Positions 26,914 to 31,994 of a stretch of 31,994 nucleotides of DNA are shown one piece after another. Numbering within the stretch: position 1 is the first letter of the stretch; each line of letters starts with the position of its first letter. This stretch comes from an uncultured Dehalococcoidales bacterium (lineage in GTDB: Bacteria > Chloroflexota > Dehalococcoidia > Dehalococcoidales > UBA2162), in NCBI GenBank assembly GCA_964403625.1, contig CAYOHA010000001.1, forward strand, positions 1 through 31,994, given 5' to 3'. The translations under genes were made by a program, and so were the position numbers. A model generated the notes under the pieces. The model searched no databases, was not told the DNA's origin, and worked only from the letters and a program-made list of their open reading frames with translations.

Positions 26914-26989
26914 GGGCGGTTAGCTCAGTGGTTGGAGCGCTTGCTTCACACGCAAGAGGTCACAGGTTCAAGTCCTGTACCGCCCACCA
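26914..26989 (+). tRNA. trnV: tRNA-Val(CAC), CCA encoded
   Basis: Acceptor stem GGGCGGT/ACCGCCC, D-arm GCTC/GAGC, anticodon stem CTTGC/GCAAG with loop TTCACAC, T-arm ACAGG-TTCAAGT-CCTGT, ACCA end. 76 nt. Confidence 0.97.
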
Positions 26990-27774
26990 TACCGTACAGT
27001 AGGCAGAACTCCCAATCCTTCTTCCTCCTGGTCGTCCGGAAGTATCGGAAACGTGTATTTAATTCGCCCCTCATTCCCCGTGACCTTGATTTCCTTTACG
27101 AAGCTCTTGATAAATGCTTTCCTTTCCAGCAGGTCGCTGGTATCGATGAACTGATGCAAATCTTCAACGTATTTTCGTACCACCTCCGGACTTACTAACT
27201 CAATCTTATGTTGAGACATAAGACCATCAAGTTCGGATTTCCGTGTTAGCAACCGGTCATGCTGCACTCTTAGCTCCTGCAGACGCGGTTTTAGCAAATG
27301 AAATTCGATATTACCGTTCTCAATGGCATTGTAAAGATTACCCAACCGCTGTTCTACTCTGCCAATCTCACTGATAATGGTATCCATCTCATCCCTGAAT
27401 GAGCTTGAAGCAGCGTCCATCTCCTCATTAATTAAGTCGACCAGTTCGGACAAGTTCCCCGGGGTGAGAATATGTTCCTTGATTTTCGAGATCACCAGCC
27501 GCTCGAATTTAACACTGTTGAGGTAAGGAGTAGAGCACGCCCCTGCTCCCTTCTTCGTCAATGAGCCGCAAATATAGTATGAATACTTACCGCTTTTAGC
27601 ATCCAGCCCTATCAGTGCCTTACCGCAACAGCCGCACCAGGTTAGACCACTCAACAGAAATCTACTGGTTGCCCGTCTCGGATGCTGCTTCTTCGGCGCC
27701 CGATCTCCCATAAGTTCTTGTGTTTTATTAAAGACCTCCTTGCTGATAAGTGCCGGAAATACGTTTTCAACTCT
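26968..27774 (-). pseudogene. Large serine recombinase, C-terminal remnant (end of recombinase domain, Zn ribbon, coiled coil); catalytic N-terminus missing
   Basis: RVENVFPALISKEVF..Q, then LLSGLTWCGCCG...YYICG....AC, then coiled coil. An in-frame TAA at 27777-27775 caps the 5' end. The stop codon lies in the tRNA T-loop. Confidence 0.85.
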
Positions 27775-28036
27775 TTACAAACACGTGTATTTTACAAAAA
27801 AATTATATGACGGTATCGAGTTGGTCGCTAAAATAGAAAACGTGAACAGAAAAAAGGCAGCCGAGTTGCTGATGAAAGCCGGCCTGTCCAGCTATATGGG
27901 AGCGAAACTAACCGAATACATTAAAAACGATCAAGCTGCCAGAGAACAAAACCAAAAAATGAAAATGACTCGCTTCGTAATGATTTTGAGAAGATATGCC
28001 AGAGAACACGGCATGGATATTTCAAAAATTATTTGA
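27775..28036 (+). pseudogene. Small basic helical hypothetical protein, probably 5'-truncated and fused to recombinase antisense sequence
   Basis: The first 35 nt of ORF 27740-28036 are recombinase antisense with no SD. The remainder (YKHVYFTKKLYDGIELVAKIE..RKKAAELL) reads like a real small DNA-binding protein. Confidence 0.45.
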
Positions 28037-28133
28037 TGATGTTGCTACCTGGTTCGCAGGCTTTCCTCTTTAGGTGTTCGATGGCTTCTCGGTGATGATA
28101 GTACACAAGATGGCTTTTTGTGAGGTGAGAATA

Positions 28134-28162
28134 GATTGCACAAATGTCAGATTTGTGCAATC
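28134..28162. repeat. Perfect 12 bp inverted repeat with 5 bp spacer
   Basis: gattgcacaaat-gtcag-atttgtgcaatc. Confidence 0.75.
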
Positions 28163-28636
28163 CACACTCACGTTTAACTGCTATTACACGTGAATTAAAT
28201 CTGGCGTATAATCCATGTTATACGCATTTATTCACAGGTTGATTATCCAACTACCTATTTGATAGCGAGGTTTGAACAATAAGTCATAAGGTAAAATTTC
28301 AAGAACTAGCTCGTTTATCACCATCCCCGAGGCAAGGAATTAAAATAAAAGTCTTTTTATCCAGCTAACATATCCTATAAAGACTTATTCTCTTGTTTTT
28401 CCACTTCTTAATGGACTATAATCAGGTACGTCCTCATAGTTCCCCGGGTTATCGGCCACCCGCTCCTGAGGTTAGAATGCTGGTAACTCTAACTTAACAA
28501 GTGGTATCCCTTCAGGGGGCAGGTCAAGTGTAACAAATACTGCGAGCAAGGCAGTAATACATGTAAAACCCATTAGTAACTCCACAAGGGAAAACTTAAA
28601 CCAGTTTTAGGAAATAGAAAACCAGGGGGCATAGTT

Positions 28637-29875
28637 ATGGCAACGAAAAAGAGCAATCAGGGTAAGGGAAGACTTCCCCCGGTTCTGAAGAGGTTTGAGG
28701 GAAATCCCATTCTTAGGCCAGAACCCAAACACTGGTGGGAGTCAAAAGCGGTCTTCAACCCAGCCGCCATCTACGAAGACAATAAGGTCCATATTCTATA
28801 CCGAGCGCTGGGGGATACTGACACCTCAGTAATTGGATATGCATCCAGCCTCGATGGATTTCACATTGACGAGCGGTTGGACAAACCTGTGTATGTGCCT
28901 CGGGAGCCATTTGAAGGTGTTGGTGCAATACGTCATACTGAGGCTAAGCTATCTGATAACTATACATCCGGAGGAAGTTTTTCCGGTGGGTGTGAAGACC
29001 CCAGACTGACCAGAATTGATGACAGGGTTTATTTAACTTATGTTGCGTATGATGGCTACAGTTCCCCCAGGATAGCATTAAGTTCAATACACATTAATGA
29101 TTTCCTTGGCAAAAATTGGAAATGGAAAAAGCCAGTCCTCATCTCACGACCAGATATTGTGGATAAAAATGCCTGCATCTTGCCGGAAAAAATAGATGGT
29201 AAATATGTCATCTTTCACCGGATTTTTCCCGACATTTTGATTGATTTCGTCGATGATCTAGATTTCGATGGTGAAGGAAGGTGGTTAGAGGGGCAGTTCA
29301 AAATACCGATCAGAGAATCAAGCTCTAGCTGGGATAGCCGTAAGGTTGCTGCTGGACCGCCACCGATGAGAACAAAAGACGGGTGGTTGTTCATCTACCA
29401 CGCTATTGATGATAAGGATGAATTCCGTTATAAGATGGGTGCGATGCTACTTGCTATAAAAGACCCCCCGAGAGTTCTGGCGCGTACCACACACCCCATT
29501 CTGGAACCTTCGGCACGCTATGAGAATGAAGGTTTGAAGTCAGGGGTAATCTATCCGTGCGGCGCTGTAATCTTGGATGACCAGCTATTTGTCTATTATG
29601 GTGGGGCAGATATGGTAGTGTGCGTAGCAACGGCAAAAATGAGCGAATTTATGTCACGGCTAAGCTACGAATGTGAACCGGTACAGGTTAGCGTCACAGT
29701 GAATCCGAGCGCAAATGTCACTATCAAAACAGAGGGACATATCCAGGGATACTGTGTTAAGTGTCATGCGAAGGCGGAGATAAAGAATCCTCACCATCTA
29801 ATTATGAAAAACAAAAGGCATGCAGTTCAGGGTATTTGTCCCAAATGCGGAACCAAAATGGTTAAGTTTGGATAG
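28637..29875 (+). CDS. GH130 glycoside phosphorylase/hydrolase with C-terminal DUF5679-like zinc-ribbon domain
   Basis: NPIL, FNPAA, GCEDPR, DKNA.ILPEKIDG....HR, WDSRKV..G.PP, YH, V.YPCG..., YYGGAD. Tail YCVKC...GICPKCGTKM. Confidence 0.9.
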   Translation: MATKKSNQGKGRLPPVLKRFEGNPILRPEPKHWWESKAVFNPAAIYEDNKVHILYRALGDTDTSVIGYASSLDGFHIDERLDKPVYVPREPFEGVGAIRHTEAKLSDNYTSGGSFSGGCEDPRLTRIDDRVYLTYVAYDGYSSPRIALSSIHINDFLGKNWKWKKPVLISRPDIVDKNACILPEKIDGKYVIFHRIFPDILIDFVDDLDFDGEGRWLEGQFKIPIRESSSSWDSRKVAAGPPPMRTKDGWLFIYHAIDDKDEFRYKMGAMLLAIKDPPRVLARTTHPILEPSARYENEGLKSGVIYPCGAVILDDQLFVYYGGADMVVCVATAKMSEFMSRLSYECEPVQVSVTVNPSANVTIKTEGHIQGYCVKCHAKAEIKNPHHLIMKNKRHAVQGICPKCGTKMVKFG

Positions 29876-29907
29876 AGTCAGGGTGAAATTATGAGGGTTT
29901 GATTTTT

Positions 29908-31902
29908 ATGACTGAAATAAGGCGTTCCGAAGAAAATCCCGTTTTGATACCTTTGAGTGAAAACACATGGGAGGCGGATGGAGCATTTAATGGCTGTCCG
30001 GTACGTGATGGCGGTAAGATTCACTTTGTTTATCGGGCGATTTCACTGCCTCAAAAGATAGCCGGTCATGAATTACCTCTGTCTACTGTTGGTTATGCTT
30101 TAAGCAATGACGGCATACACTTCAGGAACCGCCGTCAGTTCATCAAACCGGAGCACGACTGGGAGCAATTCGGTTGTGAAGACCCGCGTGTCACCAAAAT
30201 GGATGGTAAATTCTATGTCTTCTATACGGCACTGGCAACTTTCCCATTCTGTGCCGAGTGTATTAGAGTCGGCGTAGCCATTACTCGTGATTTCAAGAAG
30301 ATTGATGAAAAGCACCTGGTCACAACTTTCAACTCCAAGGCAATGTCTCTCTTTCCAGAGAAGATTGATGGTAAATATGCCATCGTTTTAAGCGTTAATA
30401 CTGATGTTCCGCCCACAAGAATTGCGGTTGCTTATTTTGACCGTGAGGAACAGATGTGGTCACCAACATACTGGGAAGGCTGGTACTCACACCTGAATGA
30501 TAGTGTTATTCCTTTGCAGAGGTCATCCAAAGACCATGTTGAAGCAGGCGCTCCGCCCATCAAAACCAAAGCTGGTTGGTTATTAATCTACTCATACATT
30601 CAGAGTTATTTTTCGCCGCCGGCGATTTTTGGTATTGAAGCGGCTCTACTTGACCTGTATGACCCGCGTCGGATAATCGCACGCACTGAAGCTCCATTGC
30701 TGGTGCCTCAAGAAGCCTACGAAAAATATGGCAAGGTGCCTAATATCGTCTTTCCAACGGGGGCAATGGTTAAAGATGGCACATTATATCTTTACTATGG
30801 CGCTGCCGACACGACCTGTGCCGTCGCCACCTGTAAACTGGACACTCTTCTGGAGGATATACTGGAGACAAGGATAAAGCAGATAAAGCTGGAGCGTTTC
30901 CCCGGCAATCCTGTAATTAAGCCCAACCCCAAACTTTCATGGCAAGCAAAAGCAGTTTTTAATCCGACTGCTCTGTACGAATATAGCAGAGTTCATCTTG
31001 CTTACCGGGCGATGTCTGAAGACAATACCTCCGTAATTGGGTTTGCCTCCAGCGCCGATGGATATAATTTTGACGACCAATCATCTGAGCCAATGTACAC
31101 CCCCCGTGAAGAATTTGAAGCTAAACTGGTGCCGGGCGGCAATTCAGGCTGCGAAGATCCAAGACTGACCAGAATAGATGATACGATTTATATGTTGTAC
31201 ACCGCCTTTAACGGTAGAAGTGACCCGCGGGTGGCATTAACCCAAATTTCCCTGGATGACTTTCTAACAAGGCGTTGGAACTGGTCACGACCCGTTCTGA
31301 TTTCGCCACCGAATTTGTCTGATAAAGATGCAGCTATTTTCCCCAAGAAAATCAAAGGCAAATATGCTATCCTGCATCGTTTAGGCACGAGTATCTGGCT
31401 GGATTTGGTGAATGATTTGAAATTTGAGGGCAATAAATGGCTCGGTGGGCATATTTTCATGAGTCCGAAAGACGAGTTGCCAGACACAGATAGACTCGGC
31501 ATCTCCGGACCACCGATTGAGACTAAATACGGCTGGCTCCTGCTTTACCACGCTGCTTCCAGAAAAACACAACCAATGACATATTATGTTTCGGCGGCTT
31601 TGCTTGATTTGAAGGATCCATCTAAAGTCCTTGCTCGTCGGAAAGTGCCCATCCTTGAACCGGAAACGCCTTATGAATTATATGGTCAGGTAAATAATGT
31701 GGTTTTTCCGTGCGGTGCGGCAATCATTGGTGAAGATCTGTTTGTTTTTTACGGTGGGGCTGATAGTGTCATTGGCGTTGCGACAATGAAAGTAGAGGAC
31801 CTGCTTAATAGCCTGATTACCTGGGGAGAAATTGGAGACGATGTGATAAAACTAGGCAAATTAAAATGGGGCACCTTCCGCTTCTCTCATTTGAGAAAGT
31901 AG
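29908..31902 (+). CDS. Tandem two-domain GH130 protein
   Basis: Two complete sets of NP/FN/GCEDPR/GxPP/VFPxG/YG.AD motifs. ATG 29908 has better SD spacing than TTG 29899. Confidence 0.9.
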   Translation: MTEIRRSEENPVLIPLSENTWEADGAFNGCPVRDGGKIHFVYRAISLPQKIAGHELPLSTVGYALSNDGIHFRNRRQFIKPEHDWEQFGCEDPRVTKMDGKFYVFYTALATFPFCAECIRVGVAITRDFKKIDEKHLVTTFNSKAMSLFPEKIDGKYAIVLSVNTDVPPTRIAVAYFDREEQMWSPTYWEGWYSHLNDSVIPLQRSSKDHVEAGAPPIKTKAGWLLIYSYIQSYFSPPAIFGIEAALLDLYDPRRIIARTEAPLLVPQEAYEKYGKVPNIVFPTGAMVKDGTLYLYYGAADTTCAVATCKLDTLLEDILETRIKQIKLERFPGNPVIKPNPKLSWQAKAVFNPTALYEYSRVHLAYRAMSEDNTSVIGFASSADGYNFDDQSSEPMYTPREEFEAKLVPGGNSGCEDPRLTRIDDTIYMLYTAFNGRSDPRVALTQISLDDFLTRRWNWSRPVLISPPNLSDKDAAIFPKKIKGKYAILHRLGTSIWLDLVNDLKFEGNKWLGGHIFMSPKDELPDTDRLGISGPPIETKYGWLLLYHAASRKTQPMTYYVSAALLDLKDPSKVLARRKVPILEPETPYELYGQVNNVVFPCGAAIIGEDLFVFYGGADSVIGVATMKVEDLLNSLITWGEIGDDVIKLGKLKWGTFRFSHLRK

Positions 31903-31994
31903 TTTTATCTGATGTTAAGGTATTAAACGGGATTTTCTTTATCTACTAACTGAAGGGTAACTTTCATTATCGAGTCAGGGTTGAGAGACATTGA

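Larger units (their letters stand above)
23138..28036. mobile_element. Decayed composite genomic island(s) around tRNA-Val
   Basis: Two recombinase genes flank the tRNA, with uncharacterised cargo, truncated genes and an att-like repeat at the left edge. The right boundary is uncertain. Confidence 0.7.

Noticed and set aside
26932-27198. 88 aa plus-strand ORF
   Set aside because: It is a translation of the tRNA plus recombinase antisense.
28030-28220. Short minus-strand open stretch (..SHLVYYHHREAIEHLKRK..)
   Set aside because: No SD, no recognisable motif, and only about 43 codons from a TTG.
28310-28340. CACCAT-containing site as the displaced tRNA 3' end (attR)
   Set aside because: Only about 6-8 bp match, with no extended similarity. 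No convincing attR was found in the window.
85-31572. Numerous antisense or nested ORFs in the track (e.g. 2862-3392, 4386-5048, 10436-10945, 17288-17827, 19753-20223)
   Set aside because: They are shadows of well-supported genes with no independent motifs.
1-31994. CRISPR array, rRNA, IS transposase, reductive dehalogenase, in-frame Sec/Pyl recoding
   Set aside because: I saw no regularly spaced repeats, DDE motifs, RdhA Tat/Fe-S signature or interrupted conserved frames on manual reading.

Overview
A 32 kb window, probably from a Dehalococcoidia-like (Chloroflexota) anaerobe; this is inferred from gene content and was not searched. It has three parts. (1) 1-23129 is a catabolic cluster: a URO-D-family protein with a corrinoid protein, enoyl-CoA hydratase, two thiolase-fold/DUF35 pairs, 3-hydroxyacyl-CoA dehydrogenase, class III CoA-transferase, peptide-type ABC permeases and binding protein (no ATPase), two SDRs, an aldehyde dehydrogenase, two paralogous His-rich cupin-like proteins, a pyrogallol-transhydroxylase-like molybdoenzyme pair, TetR and MarR. 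(2) About 23138-28250 is a recombination hotspot centred on tRNA-Val(CAC). A tyrosine integrase with two cargo genes abuts the 5' side of the tRNA, and a decapitated large serine recombinase ends antisense inside its 3' end. (3) 28637-31902 holds two GH130 genes carrying three GH130 domains. The most notable sequence-level observations are: the integrase frame lacks a canonical start for its conserved-looking N-terminus and stays open antisense into the tRNA; a 20/28 imperfect copy of the tRNA 3'/att junction marks the left edge of the cargo; the Fe-S subunit has ACG where its start codon should be; and a 59 bp promoter cassette is duplicated (49/59 identical) ahead of both SDR genes. All matches were counted by hand and family assignments come from remembered motifs.
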